In this document: positions 1 through 9,987 of the stretch, piece by piece
Numbering within the stretch: the stretch's first letter is position 1
Layout of the letters: the number at the start of each line of letters is the position of its first letter
Assembly: GCA_020639115.1 (NCBI GenBank)
Contig: JACKHG010000011.1
Coordinates: 17,364-81,363, forward strand
DNA length: 64,000 bases
Reading direction: 5' to 3'
Source: Phycisphaerales bacterium
GTDB lineage: Bacteria > Planctomycetota > Phycisphaerae > UBA1845
Program-made: the position numbers and the translations under genes
The notes under the pieces: generated by a model
The model's input: only the letters and a program-made list of their open reading frames with translations
What the model was told of the DNA's origin: nothing
The model's database searches: none

Positions 1-365
1 ACCGGCCCGGAAGTGAAGTCGTTGTACACGCGGACGATGCCACCGTAGGGATTGTCTCCATCGGCGAGCGGATGGGTGAGGTAGGGTCCCTTCCAGTTGA
101 GGGTGTCCTGCTTGATGGAGAGCTGCCGCTCCGTCGGGTCCGTCGAGTTGGAGTACTCGATCGCGAGCCGGCTGGTATCGGCGTAGTAGGCCTGCGTCGC
201 GGTGCGCAGCGTGTCCACGATCTGCAGCACCTTGCTGACCTTGGCGTTCTCCGAGGCGCTGCTCATCTGCGGAATGACGATCGCGGCGAGAATGCCGATC
301 ACGATCACGACGATGAGGATCTCGAGCAACGTGAATCCGAAGCGATGCTGCCGGCGCGTGGACAT
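1..365 (-). CDS. Prepilin-type N-terminal cleavage/methylation domain protein (pseudopilin-like). The C-terminal part runs off the window start.
   Basis: Absent from the ORF track because it is open to the window edge. The reverse complement of 301-365 reads ATG S T R R Q H R F G F T L L E I L I V V I, which is the G-F-T-L-L-E methylation motif followed by a hydrophobic helix. Confidence 0.75.
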   Translation of the reverse strand, partial: MSTRRQHRFGFTLLEILIVVIVIGILAAIVIPQMSSASENAKVSKVLQIVDTLRTATQAYYADTSRLAIEYSNSTDPTERQLSIKQDTLNWKGPYLTHPLADGDNPYGGIVRVYNDFTSGP

Positions 366-514
366 ACCCATTGGCTCCTATGCGACGTACCTGTACGCAG
401 GCGCTATCGTCAGGTCCGCGGCGCGACTGCACGTAGAACCGCGCGCGACCGGTTGGAGAGGTAAGAAATATCAGGCTGCGTCAGGGTATCGGACGTTGCC
501 CCCCGCGTGCGCGC

Positions 515-1429
515 TCAGCGGCGGGCCCGCTGCACCCGAACGGCATCGAGCGAGTACAGGGCCAGCGCGGCCCAGATGCCCGCAAACGCGATGCCCATGC
601 GGTAGTCGAACGCCTCGTGGTAGACCAACACCGCCAGCAGAAACTGGCCCGTCGGCGCGAGGTACTGCAGAAAGCCCACGGTCGCCAGCCGCAACCGCTT
701 GGCAGCCGCCACGAACAGCAGCAGCGGGATCGCCGTGATCGGACCCGCCACCATCAGCACCAGGCTGATTCCCCAACCGCCTGCGACGAACTTGCCCACG
801 CCCTCCGCCGCGAGCCACGCGAGGTACACGCCGGCGAACGGCAGCAGCAGCGTCGTCTCCACCAGCAGACCGGTGATCGCCTCGACCCGCGCGACCTTGC
901 GCAGCAACCCGTACAGCCCAAAGCTCAGCGCCATCCCCAGCGCCAGCCCCGGCACGGCGCCCTTCGCTATCGTCAGGTAGGTCACCGCCACCAGCGCAAT
1001 CACCACGCTGATGAACTGCGCGACTCGCAACCGCTCGCCCAGGAACACGAAGCCCAGCGCCACGCTCAGCAGCGGGTTGATGAAGTACCCCAGGCTCGCC
1101 TGGATCAACTGGTTCGACGCCACCGCCCGCGCGAACAGGTACCAGTTGATCGCGATCAGCGCGGCGCTCGCCACCAGCACGAGAAACGTCCCGCGCCGCC
1201 GCCAGACGTCGAGCAGCGTCCCCCAGCGGCGCCGCACCGCAACCAGCACGGCCAGCAGCACCACGCACCACACCACCCGGTGCCACACGACCTCCATCAC
1301 CGGCACGCGCTGCAGCACGAACTTCATGTACACCGCGGTGAACAGCCCCCACCACGCGTACGCGGTGAAGCCGTACACGAGTCCGACGCGGACCTCGCGC
1401 TGCTCGTGCTCGGCTGGCGTAACGGTCAT
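515..1429 (-). CDS. rarD: EamA/RarD-family permease (drug/metabolite transporter superfamily)
   Basis: ORF 515..1447. About ten hydrophobic helices with RarD-like strings (GLVYGFTAYAWWGL, GYFINPL, LGERL). The in-frame ATG at 1429 is preferred over the TTG at 1447. Confidence 0.75.
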   Translation of the reverse strand: MTVTPAEHEQREVRVGLVYGFTAYAWWGLFTAVYMKFVLQRVPVMEVVWHRVVWCVVLLAVLVAVRRRWGTLLDVWRRRGTFLVLVASAALIAINWYLFARAVASNQLIQASLGYFINPLLSVALGFVFLGERLRVAQFISVVIALVAVTYLTIAKGAVPGLALGMALSFGLYGLLRKVARVEAITGLLVETTLLLPFAGVYLAWLAAEGVGKFVAGGWGISLVLMVAGPITAIPLLLFVAAAKRLRLATVGFLQYLAPTGQFLLAVLVYHEAFDYRMGIAFAGIWAALALYSLDAVRVQRARR

Positions 1430-1539
1430 GGTGGCGATCCGGCGCAACGACGGCGCCGCCCGGCAACGCGGCGCGGGCGGACAAAGGCGGGAAGGCTACC
1501 ACAGAACCCGCGGCAACCCAATGGGAGTCGAACGTGCGT

Positions 1540-4068
1540 TCAGTACGGGCCGGTGCAGTTACGCTGGAAGGCCGCTGCATCCTCGAGATCGACGTCGCCG
1601 TCGCTGTCGGCGTCCGCCGCCGAGCACGCGCCGCCGACGGCAACGTTCGGGCCGGCCAGGCACGCACGCAACAGCGCCCAGTCGGCGGCATCGGCATCGC
1701 CGTCACCGTCCAGGTCGCCGAAAGCGGGCCGGGCGCACAGCAACTGCACGTCGTCGATGTGCACGGTGAATGGTCCCGCCGAATCGACTATGGAAAAGGC
1801 CAATTGCTCCAGCGTGCCCTTGCCGGTCGGCGTGTAGATGACGCCGTCACCGTTCATCGCGGTGATCGGGTCGGTCAGCGGATCGAAAATGAACGTCTGC
1901 CAGACGCCGGGCATCGGCTCCACCAGCACGCCCTGCGGCGCGCCGCTCACGGTCCCATCGGCCCCGATCCACTCGATGGCGCCGCTCGTACCGCCGGGAT
2001 CGCCGATATCCGCCGAGGTGCCCGTCTCGCGTACGCCCGCACACACACGCAGACGTCCGGAGTCGAGCCGCAACCGCACGCGGATGGGGCGGTCCAGCTC
2101 GATCGTCGGATCGCCGCCGATTGCGACCTGGTTTGTCGTCAGTCGCAGCCAGCGCTCCGGCGAGTCATCCACAAATTCCCAACTCACCTCGAGTGAGCCG
2201 TCGCCGCTGAAGCCCGGCACGGCGTCCGTGACGGCAGCCACGTTGGGCGACGCGAGCAGGTCGGTGCTGGTCGAACCGCTGTAGCGCGGCAATTGGAAGA
2301 GGACGCGCGTGCCGTTGGCGTACCCCTCAAAGTCGGCGAGCGTGGCGACGCTGCAGGGCGGCCGCGGTTCGACGTGGACCTGCCAACTCTCATCGTCCGA
2401 CCCGGCTGCATTGATCGCCCGCACCAGGAACATGAATGTCTGGCCGGCGTCGGCCGTTGAGGGCACCCATCCGGAAACCAGGCCGAAATCGTTCACCACC
2501 GCGTCCTGCGGGCCGGCGAGCAGGACCCAGTGGTCCGCCGCACCCTGAGCGAGCGTGAGCTGCCGCGAATACGCGTTGCCGGCCTGGATCGTCTCCGGGT
2601 CGGGTGTGACCTCGTTGATGATCGGCGGCATCGCCGCGCCGATACTGAGGTCACGGCGAATGACATCGCCGGCCCCGACGCTGATGCTGCCGACGACCGC
2701 CCCGGGATAACCCGGCTTCGCCGCCGTAAGCGTGTACACGCCGGGCGGGACGAGCAGAAACGAATAGTACCCGTCACCGGAGGAGAGCGCGACGTAGCTC
2801 GTGCCGTTGCGCGTAATCTGCACGTCGGTGACCGGCGCGCCGCCGGCGTCCGTCACGTAGCCCTGGATGATGCCGGTCGCAGGACTGGTTTTCCACGGCA
2901 TCGCGGGCACCGCGACCGGCGTGGCGTACACGCCGCTGGTGTAGTCACTCCACCACCCGAAGGAGCTGTAGGAAAAGACGTTGTTGCCCTGCGCCCCGCG
3001 CGTGCGGGCGAGTGCGATCTGCTCGAGCAGCGAGGAGATGCCCTGCGAGGTGATGTGCCCCGCGACGACGTGGCGTCCGCCGCTCGCGCCGATCCAAGCC
3101 TGCAGGCGGTTGTCCCAGGTGGAGCCCGCGCCGCCCGCGAAGTAGAGCATGGGAATGATGATGTCGAGTCCGCCGGTCTGCGCCCAGGTCGCGGCATCCT
3201 GGTGCTGTGCCGTCGGCGCGGTCGCGATGTTGTTGTACACGGCGGCGCTGACCTTGACGTTGGGATTCACCGCCATGATCGCCGCGTACATGTCGCGGAC
3301 CGTTCGATCGATCTGATCGGCGGTCCAGTGGGTGAAATCCAGACCGGCCGGGTTGCTCTGCGCGTCGTTGAACCGCGCCAGGCTGATCGGATCGTACGAT
3401 GGCTGGTTGGACCACGGCGTGCGGATGCGGTCGTAGTGCACGCCGTCCACCGCGTAGTTGCTCACCACGTAGAGCACCTGCGCGCGCACGTACGCCTGGA
3501 ATGCGGGCACACCCGGCGCGAACCACACGTAGCTGCTCTCGCTGAACTGCACGGGGTTGTCGGGCGTGTTGTGGTGCAACCAGTCGCGGTGCGCGGGATC
3601 GGCGGCGTCGCAGTGCGCATACAGGATGTGGTTGGGATTGTTCGGAAGCGTCTCGGCGCTGGCCGGGACGCTCTGCCAGCAGGTGTGGATGTTGATGTAC
3701 GCGTGGAACTCCAGCCCCTGCGCGTGCGCGGCGTTGATCGCGTAGGCCAGCGGGTCCCACCCGGGATCACTGCCGCCGATGAGCGGCGACCAGACCTCGT
3801 TGGGCGAGGGGTACAGCACGTCCGCCTGACCACGGACCTGGAACACCACCGCGTTGAAGTTGGCGGCTGCGAGGTCGGCCATGATCTGGTCGATCCGTGC
3901 CTGGCAGACCGCCGGGTTGGCGTCGGGCCACTCGAAGCGCGAAACCCACATCGCGCGAAACTCGGGCGTCTGGGCCAGGGCCCGCTCCGCGGGCAACGCA
4001 GCAGCCAGCGCGGCTGCGGCCAGAATGACACTCGCGAAGAACTTCGGGGTGGGGGTGGCGTCGTGCAT
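1540..4068 (-). CDS. Secreted glycoside-hydrolase-like family 10 (GHL10/YngK-like) protein with a carboxypeptidase-regulatory-like beta domain and a C-terminal dockerin-like D-x-D-x-D Ca-binding repeat
   Basis: ORF 1540..4098. ATG at 4068 lies behind a GAGG-like RBS. Signal peptide KFFASVILAAAALAAALPAERALA. The body is TIM-barrel-like (EFRAMWVSRFEWP...). C-terminal repeats GDLDGDGDADAADW and DADSDGDVDLEDAAAF. Confidence 0.65.
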   Translation of the reverse strand: MHDATPTPKFFASVILAAAALAAALPAERALAQTPEFRAMWVSRFEWPDANPAVCQARIDQIMADLAAANFNAVVFQVRGQADVLYPSPNEVWSPLIGGSDPGWDPLAYAINAAHAQGLEFHAYINIHTCWQSVPASAETLPNNPNHILYAHCDAADPAHRDWLHHNTPDNPVQFSESSYVWFAPGVPAFQAYVRAQVLYVVSNYAVDGVHYDRIRTPWSNQPSYDPISLARFNDAQSNPAGLDFTHWTADQIDRTVRDMYAAIMAVNPNVKVSAAVYNNIATAPTAQHQDAATWAQTGGLDIIIPMLYFAGGAGSTWDNRLQAWIGASGGRHVVAGHITSQGISSLLEQIALARTRGAQGNNVFSYSSFGWWSDYTSGVYATPVAVPAMPWKTSPATGIIQGYVTDAGGAPVTDVQITRNGTSYVALSSGDGYYSFLLVPPGVYTLTAAKPGYPGAVVGSISVGAGDVIRRDLSIGAAMPPIINEVTPDPETIQAGNAYSRQLTLAQGAADHWVLLAGPQDAVVNDFGLVSGWVPSTADAGQTFMFLVRAINAAGSDDESWQVHVEPRPPCSVATLADFEGYANGTRVLFQLPRYSGSTSTDLLASPNVAAVTDAVPGFSGDGSLEVSWEFVDDSPERWLRLTTNQVAIGGDPTIELDRPIRVRLRLDSGRLRVCAGVRETGTSADIGDPGGTSGAIEWIGADGTVSGAPQGVLVEPMPGVWQTFIFDPLTDPITAMNGDGVIYTPTGKGTLEQLAFSIVDSAGPFTVHIDDVQLLCARPAFGDLDGDGDADAADWALLRACLAGPNVAVGGACSAADADSDGDVDLEDAAAFQRNCTGPY

Positions 4069-4207
4069 GCGGGTACCTCGCAAAAAGCGGATCGGCACCC
4101 ATTATACGGAACCCAGCCACCGCGATTCGAGCGAATTCACGCGGACGCACGGTGAAAACCGGGGCGCACGCCGCGCGATACGGACAAACCCGCTCCCGCC
4201 GCGGCGG

Positions 4208-5461
4208 TTATACCCATCCACGCAGGCGGCAGGCCTCGGCCACGCGTTCCACCGACAGCATGTACGCCGCGAGCCGCATCGGCCCGGGCACGCGCTGATG
4301 CTCGGCGTGCACGGCGTCGAAGGCGTCGTGCATCCGCCGGGCGAGTTCGGCGTGCACCTGCTCGAGCGACCAGTAGTAGTTGTAGGTGTTCTGCACTTGC
4401 TCGAAGTAGCTCACCGTGACGCCCCCGGCGTTGGCGAGAATATCGGGCACGACCAGAATGCCGCGCTCGTGCAGGATGCGGTCGGCAGCCGTCGACGTCG
4501 GGCCGTTGGCCATCTCGATGACGACCGGGGCCTTGATGTCCGCGGCATTCTGCTCGTGGATGACGTTCTCGAGTGCCGCGGGGAAGAGCCAGTCGCAGTC
4601 GCAGGTGAGGAGCTGTTCGTTGCTGATGGCGTCGCCGCCCTCGAAACCGCCGATTTCCTGGCGGTTGCGCGCGTAGTGCTTGAGCGCCGCCGGGATGTCG
4701 AGCCCGTTCTCGTTGTAGATCGCGCCGTCCACGGCGCTGACCGCGATCACCTTCGCCCCCGCCTCGTGCAGCAGTTCGGCGAGTCCGCCGCCCACGTTGC
4801 CGAAGCCTTGGATGGCGCAGCGGGCCCCGGTGAGCTTGTGCCCGAGGAGGTTCTCCACGGCCCGGGCCACGTAGAGCCCGCCGACGGAGGTGGCGTTGCT
4901 ACGGCCGCGCGAGCCGCCGAGCGGCAGCGGTTTTCCTGTGATCACCCCGGCGTGGTGGCGGCCGACGAGCGTTTCGAACTCGTCCATCATCCACGCCATG
5001 ATCTGCGGCGTGGTGTTGACGTCGGGCGCGGGCACGTCGCGGTCCACGCTGAGCTGGTGGCCGACGGCGCGGATGTAGGCGCGGGCGAGGCGTTCCTTCT
5101 CGCCCTCCGAGAGCGCCGCGGGCGTGCAGGTGACGCCGCCCTTGCCGCCGCCGAGCGGCAGGTCGAGCACGGCGCACTTCCAGGTCATCCAGCACGCCAG
5201 GGCGCGGACGGTGTCGAGTGTTTCGTCCGGGTGCCAGCGCAGGCCGCCCTTGGTCGGTCCGCGCGCCGCGTTGTAGCGCACGCGGTAGCCCTGGAAAACT
5301 TCCATGGTGCCGTTGTCCATGCGCACCGGCAGGCGGAACTGCGTCTCGAACATCGGCCAGCGCAGCAGTTCGCGCATGGAACGTTCCAGGCCGAGCCGTT
5401 CGGTCGCGGCATCCACCTGGGCTTGTGCGGTATGAAAAGGATTATAGGGCGTGGGTGTCAT
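4208..5461 (-). CDS. gdhA: Glutamate dehydrogenase (Glu/Leu/Phe/Val dehydrogenase family)
   Basis: ORF 4208..5491. Contains the family signature KGGLRWHP...LPLGGGKGGV and the Rossmann motif GFGNVGG. ATG at 5461 is preferred (GGAG upstream); ATG at 5491 is the alternative. Confidence 0.9.
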   Translation of the reverse strand: MTPTPYNPFHTAQAQVDAATERLGLERSMRELLRWPMFETQFRLPVRMDNGTMEVFQGYRVRYNAARGPTKGGLRWHPDETLDTVRALACWMTWKCAVLDLPLGGGKGGVTCTPAALSEGEKERLARAYIRAVGHQLSVDRDVPAPDVNTTPQIMAWMMDEFETLVGRHHAGVITGKPLPLGGSRGRSNATSVGGLYVARAVENLLGHKLTGARCAIQGFGNVGGGLAELLHEAGAKVIAVSAVDGAIYNENGLDIPAALKHYARNRQEIGGFEGGDAISNEQLLTCDCDWLFPAALENVIHEQNAADIKAPVVIEMANGPTSTAADRILHERGILVVPDILANAGGVTVSYFEQVQNTYNYYWSLEQVHAELARRMHDAFDAVHAEHQRVPGPMRLAAYMLSVERVAEACRLRGWV

Positions 5462-5680
5462 GTTCTTTCGAAAGCTCCAGTCCGGCGCCATGCAACAGTT
5501 TCATTGCCGCCGACGGGTGTGCAGTATAGCGTCTGCGCCGGCGGATGCAGCCCCCGGCGGCGGCTGCCGGTGCCGTTGCAAGGCGGTGAATTCGTACTAA
5601 ACTGTCGGCGGGATTGCGGGTCCGGCTCGTGGTCGAAGAGGGATAAGTTTGTTTGTAGCTGCGGCTGCGAGGACCTAGAC

Positions 5681-7096
5681 ATGCCACGTTCGCGCTCCTT
5701 GGGCATCATCGTCGGTGGGGGGCCCGCCCCCGGTATCAACGGTGTGATCGGCGCCGCGTCGATCAACGCCATCAATCATGGTTTTTCCGTTCGCGGGTTT
5801 TACGACGGCTTCAGCTGGCTCTCCTCGGAGAAGTTCGATCGCCAGCAGCATTCGGTCGAATTGGAGATTCCCGATGTGGCCCGCATCCACTTCGACGGCG
5901 GATCGATCCTGCGCACCGCGCGCACCAGCCTGCTCGACAAGTCCACGGTAGACGAGCACTCGCGCGTCATTCCCGACGCCGCGAAGGTCGGCAACGTGCT
6001 GCGCAACCTCGAGCGCTGCGGGGTCACCCACCTGATCACCATCGGCGGCGACGACACCGCGCTGAGCGCCCGCTTCGTCGCGGAGGCGTCCGGCGGAAAG
6101 ATCCGCGTCGTGCACGTGCCCAAGACGATCGACAACGACCTGCCCCTGCCGAGCGACCTGCCGACCTTCGGGTTCAACACCGCCCGGCACTTCGGCGCGG
6201 AACTCGTCGCCAACCTCATGGAGGATTCCCGTACGACGGGCCGCTGGTACTTCGTCGTGGCGATGGGCCGCAACGCGGGCTTCCTCGCGATGGGCATCGG
6301 CAAGGCCGCCGCGGCCACGCTCACGCTGATCCCCGAGGAGTTCCCCGGCCATACTACCATCAGCAACATCGTCGACGTGCTCGAAGGCGCCATCCTCAAA
6401 CGCCGCGCCATGGGCCGGCCGGACGGCGTCGCCGTCATCGCCGAAGGACTCGCCTACCGGCTCGGTGACGTGGACGAACTCGCCCAACTGCTCGGCAAGG
6501 AAGTGCCGGTGGACGCAGCCGGTCACCCGCGCCTTTCGGAATTCCCGCTGGACGAAATCCTCAAGCGCGAGGTCGCCAAGCGCTTCAAGCAGCGCGGCGA
6601 CTCGGTCACGATCGTCTCGGAAACGATGGGCTACGAGTTGCGCTGCGCCCGCCCCACGCCGTTCGACATGGCCTACTGCCGCGACCTCGGCCACGGCGCC
6701 GTGACGCTGCTGCTCGAGGACGATCGCTCCCAGGGCGGCGTGATGGTCACGATCCACGGCGGCGACCTGCGGCCGGTGACGTTCGAGGAACTCATCGACC
6801 CCGAGACCAACCGCACGCGGGTACGCCAGGTCGAACTGAACACGACGCCGTATCTCGTCGCGCGCTCCTACATGATCCGCCTGGAACCCGGCGATTTCGA
6901 ATCGCGTCAGTCGCTCGAACGGATCGCGGCGCAGGCGAAGCTGACCGCCGACGAATTCGCCGCCCGCTACAAGCACGTGGTGGACGAGTCGTTCGTGAAG
7001 CTGCCGCCGTCGCTCGCCCGCAGCCAGGTCGTGCAGGTGATGGACGAGCCGATCGAGTCACACCGCTGCGATGCGTCGAAGCTGCTGCCCATGTGA
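5681..7096 (+). CDS. pfp: Pyrophosphate-dependent 6-phosphofructokinase (PPi-PFK type)
   Basis: This is the C-terminal part of track ORF 3854..7096, starting at the ATG at 5681 (MPRSRSLGIIVGGGPAPGINGVI). It has GGDDT and PKTIDND, where ATP-dependent PFKs have GGDGS and GTIDND. The Asp and Lys residues at these positions are the established PPi-specificity determinants. Confidence 0.85.
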   Translation: MPRSRSLGIIVGGGPAPGINGVIGAASINAINHGFSVRGFYDGFSWLSSEKFDRQQHSVELEIPDVARIHFDGGSILRTARTSLLDKSTVDEHSRVIPDAAKVGNVLRNLERCGVTHLITIGGDDTALSARFVAEASGGKIRVVHVPKTIDNDLPLPSDLPTFGFNTARHFGAELVANLMEDSRTTGRWYFVVAMGRNAGFLAMGIGKAAAATLTLIPEEFPGHTTISNIVDVLEGAILKRRAMGRPDGVAVIAEGLAYRLGDVDELAQLLGKEVPVDAAGHPRLSEFPLDEILKREVAKRFKQRGDSVTIVSETMGYELRCARPTPFDMAYCRDLGHGAVTLLLEDDRSQGGVMVTIHGGDLRPVTFEELIDPETNRTRVRQVELNTTPYLVARSYMIRLEPGDFESRQSLERIAAQAKLTADEFAARYKHVVDESFVKLPPSLARSQVVQVMDEPIESHRCDASKLLPM

Positions 7097-7669
7097 TTCG
7101 GCCGAGCGGTCGCGCAGGACGATGAAGGCCGGGGTGAACATCACGAAGGCCACGAAGGCGTTCAGCAGCGGCAGGTAAACGGATCCCGGTTGCCGGTTGC
7201 CCCACGCGAGCAGGGGCACCTGGGGCCCGAAGTTCACGCCGAAAGCGAAGTTCACATTCAACGCCGGGGACACGCACGCGCGGCTGATGACGGTCAAGCC
7301 GAGATAAACCGCGGTTGCCGCGAGCAGCGCATCGGGCGTCCGTACCGCGCGCGGACGCACGAGGACGAGCAGCAGCGGCACGAGATAGAAGTGGTGGGCG
7401 GTGGCCGCCCAGGTGGTCCAGCCCGCCGTCCGCAGATACGTCGTGATCCCCAGAGGGAAATCTCCGCCAAGCGCCCAGCCGAGGCAGTCGGCCAGCCAGA
7501 GGCCGTGCAGCACCAGCACGTCGATCAGCGCAGTAGCCACGAGCAGGGGGCGGTCGAGCAACAGTCCTGCCGCCGCCATCAGCAGGCCGATGTGTGACAT
7601 CCACAGGATCTCGCCCGCGATGCCGGCTGCAATCTTCACCACGCACACCAGGCCGAAGTGCGCAAGCAT
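7058..7669 (-). CDS. Polytopic membrane protein, function unknown
   Basis: This is the C-terminal third of track ORF 7058..8440, starting at the ATG at 7669 (MLAHFGLVCVVKIAAG...). It has 5-6 hydrophobic helices. The upstream part of the track ORF overlaps the pseudopilin gene and is Arg-rich shadow. Its 3' end overlaps the convergent pfp 3' end by 39 nt. Confidence 0.5.
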   Translation of the reverse strand: MLAHFGLVCVVKIAAGIAGEILWMSHIGLLMAAAGLLLDRPLLVATALIDVLVLHGLWLADCLGWALGGDFPLGITTYLRTAGWTTWAATAHHFYLVPLLLVLVRPRAVRTPDALLAATAVYLGLTVISRACVSPALNVNFAFGVNFGPQVPLLAWGNRQPGSVYLPLLNAFVAFVMFTPAFIVLRDRSAESHGQQLRRIAAV

Positions 7670-7722
7670 CAACCCGCCGATCGTCCGGCGCGTCGACTTG
7701 CGCAAGCGCAGGGGATCCGGAA

Positions 7723-8235
7723 TCAAGACGCGCCCCCTCCTCCACCGCCGCCCAGGTCGGATTCGGATGAGTCGTTCACTTCGTTGTAGTAGGCGAGTGT
7801 TGCGGCGTCGCTGCCCACATAGGCGACGCGTGCGCGAATAAGACCATTCGTCGGGTTGTACCAGAACGCGCCGGCGGATGACCCATCGAGTACCTTGTCG
7901 GGCGGATGCGTGCGGTTGGGCGTGCTGTCGACTTCCACGGCGGGAACGCCGAACGTATTTTCCGGATGGGTCAGACCGGGCCCGGCGGAGAACCAGCTGC
8001 TGTCGACGGTCGCGGGATAGGCCGGCGGCGTGGCCCGGTGGTATCCGACGTCGATGAGGGTGCGCAGTGACGTGAGGGTGCTCTTCAGTGTCGCCGCGTT
8101 GGCCTCGTGGGACGCATCGGAAAACTGGGGCACGACGATGGTCGCGAGAATGCCGATGATCACCACGACAATGAGAACCTCGACGAGCGTGAATCCACTC
8201 CGCCGCTTGTACATTTTCGAGTGAACGTCGGCCAT
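7723..8235 (-). CDS. Prepilin-type N-terminal cleavage/methylation domain protein (pseudopilin-like)
   Basis: ATG at 8235 (MADVHSKMYKRRSGFTLVEVLIVVVIIGILATIVVPQF). The G-F-T-L-V-E motif is followed by a hydrophobic helix. The tail ends in GGGGGGAS. Confidence 0.8.
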   Translation of the reverse strand: MADVHSKMYKRRSGFTLVEVLIVVVIIGILATIVVPQFSDASHEANAATLKSTLTSLRTLIDVGYHRATPPAYPATVDSSWFSAGPGLTHPENTFGVPAVEVDSTPNRTHPPDKVLDGSSAGAFWYNPTNGLIRARVAYVGSDAATLAYYNEVNDSSESDLGGGGGGGAS

Positions 8236-8471
8236 GGCAATCCCGTTCTGAACCTCGCTCTGCGAGCCCTTCTTGAAGCAGATAGTCGGCGCGGTGGTGG
8301 AAATATCGCGTGCCACTCGGTCCCTGGACTGCGGAACAGCCCTGCGGATATATCGTACGGCTGCGGCGATCTCCACAACCCGAACCGCACGCGTGATCGC
8401 GATCGACCGACGGGCGCATGATCGGCGCGGTCGTCCGCATGTTTTCGGATCAAAGGGCCACCGGTCCCCGG

Positions 8472-9074
8472 TCAGCGGCTGGTTCTCGGACGCTGGCACG
8501 GCGGCAGCAGATCGATCAGCATGGATAGGCGCGTGATGACATGGTCGGCCTGGTCGGCGCAGTCTGGACGCTGGCGGTCGCCGATCATCAGCACGGTCGT
8601 ACAGCCCGCCGCGTGGCCGGTCTGCAGGTCTATGAGGTGATCCCCAATCATCCAGCTCGCCCGCGGCGCGGCCTGCGCCGCGGCGCAGAGCTCCAGCACC
8701 GGCTGGGGCGACGGCTTGATGACGCCGTCGTCGCGGGTGCGGAGGAAATCGACCGCAAGATCAAAGCGGCGAATGACGTGCTCGGCCCAGCGGCGGGCGT
8801 TGCGCGTCAGGATCGCCACGGGCCAGCCGCGCTGCCGAACCGCAGCCAGGGTCTCGGCGGCGCCTGCATGCAGCCGGGCGCCTTCCGCGGCGCGGCGCTC
8901 GTGGGCTTCGAGCACGGCGTCGGCCCGGCTGCGGGCCGCAGCGTCGAGCTGTGCGAGCGACTCGAGGATCGGCCCTGGCGGCAGGCCGATCTCGGCGCGG
9001 ATGGCGTCGAAGTCGAGCACGGGGACCGTGAGCGTGCCGTCCATGTCGAAGATAAGCATGCCCCCCGGCGTCAT
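8472..9074 (-). CDS. HAD-superfamily hydrolase (phosphoglycolate phosphatase-like)
   Basis: Motif I is FDMDGTL at the N-terminus. Later motifs are LTRN, K-P and GDHLIDL. Confidence 0.75.
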   Translation of the reverse strand: MTPGGMLIFDMDGTLTVPVLDFDAIRAEIGLPPGPILESLAQLDAAARSRADAVLEAHERRAAEGARLHAGAAETLAAVRQRGWPVAILTRNARRWAEHVIRRFDLAVDFLRTRDDGVIKPSPQPVLELCAAAQAAPRASWMIGDHLIDLQTGHAAGCTTVLMIGDRQRPDCADQADHVITRLSMLIDLLPPCQRPRTSR

Positions 9075-9168
9075 CCCGCGCTCCTTGCGCTTGGTTTGAG
9101 TTCCCCTCGTGCAGCAACAGAATACCCGTCAGGCGGCGACGGTGCCATGCACCGCGGGTTGTGGAACT

Positions 9169-9987
9169 TCAACCACCGGACGCTGACCCGCGCACGCCGA
9201 CCATGTAGACGTCATACCGTGTCGTCTTGTCGGCGTGGGCATGCGTGGGATCGGGCGCGAGCGGCGGCGCGTGGCGGTGTCGCTTGACCACGACGCGCCG
9301 GCGGGCCGTCGCGCGGGCGACCTCGAAGAGATCAGCCGCGTCGGGATCGTCGCCGACCAGATGCCTCAGGACGCGCATCTCGATCTTGACCAGGGCCGAC
9401 TTCTTCTTCGGCGGGAACATGGGATCGAGGTAGACGACGTCCGGCGCGTCGGCCGGTGGGAGCGAACGCAGGTACGCGCGGGCGTCGCCCGGCCACACCC
9501 GCAGACGTCCGTCGAGCTGCTCCGCGATGTCAGGCTCCCGCATGGCCCGCGCGACGCCGTCCTCCAGCAGAGCGAAGAGAATCGCGGAGCGTTCAATCGC
9601 GGTCACGTGGCAGCCATGGTAGGCGAGCCGGAATGCGTCGCGACCGAGGCCGGCGGTCGCGTCGAGCACGGTGGGCCGGCCGGACGAGAAGCCGATGGCG
9701 GTGTAGAGCAGGCCGAAGCGATTCACGCGCCGGGCGTACCCCTGCGGCCCCTCCACGAAGTCCACGCAGAGCGGCTTGGGGCCGCCCCGTTGAGGAAACC
9801 GCAACTCGATCCGTTCCGCCGTCACCGCCAGCAGGATGTCGGCGTCGGCCGTGTCGGAATCGGCAAGCGGCAGACGGCAGCGCTCGGCGATCTCGGCAGC
9901 GCGCACCAGCGTGGTGGGGCTGCCATCGCCCGGGAGGACGACGACGTTTGCGGAAGCCGCGTTATCATGGTCGCTCGCGGATGGCAT
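9169..9987 (-). CDS. rsmJ: 16S rRNA (guanine-N2)-methyltransferase RsmJ
   Basis: Long collinear similarity to E. coli RsmJ as I recall it: VLDATAGLGRDAF, VVYLDPMFPPKKKSALVKIEMRVL, RVVVKRHRHAPPL. ATG at 9987 is preferred; the track ORF extends to 10086. Confidence 0.85.
   Translation of the reverse strand: MPSASDHDNAASANVVVLPGDGSPTTLVRAAEIAERCRLPLADSDTADADILLAVTAERIELRFPQRGGPKPLCVDFVEGPQGYARRVNRFGLLYTAIGFSSGRPTVLDATAGLGRDAFRLAYHGCHVTAIERSAILFALLEDGVARAMREPDIAEQLDGRLRVWPGDARAYLRSLPPADAPDVVYLDPMFPPKKKSALVKIEMRVLRHLVGDDPDAADLFEVARATARRRVVVKRHRHAPPLAPDPTHAHADKTTRYDVYMVGVRGSASGG

Noticed and set aside
471-1837. Long ORFs 471..1706 (-, 411 aa) and 617..1837 (+, 406 aa) overlapping rarD
   Set aside because: Their Arg/Ala/Pro/Gly-rich low-complexity translations are typical of off-frame and antisense shadows in high-GC DNA. 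The rarD frame gives a coherent 10-helix permease.
2530-4155. 541-aa plus-strand ORF antisense to the GHL10 glycosidase gene
   Set aside because: It has shadow-ORF composition (R/G/A/V/D runs and no motifs). The minus-strand frame has a signal peptide and recognisable domains.
3854-5680. N-terminal 609 codons of track ORF 3854..7096
   Set aside because: This part is antisense to gdhA and shadow-like. The PFK homology starts only at the ATG at 5681.
5675-6976. 433-aa minus-strand ORF antisense to pfp
   Set aside because: Shadow ORF of the clearly conserved PFK frame.
7670-8440. Upstream two-thirds of track ORF 7058..8440
   Set aside because: It overlaps the pseudopilin gene (7723-8235) in another frame and is Arg-rich. 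Only the hydrophobic C-terminal part, from the ATG at 7669, looks genuine.
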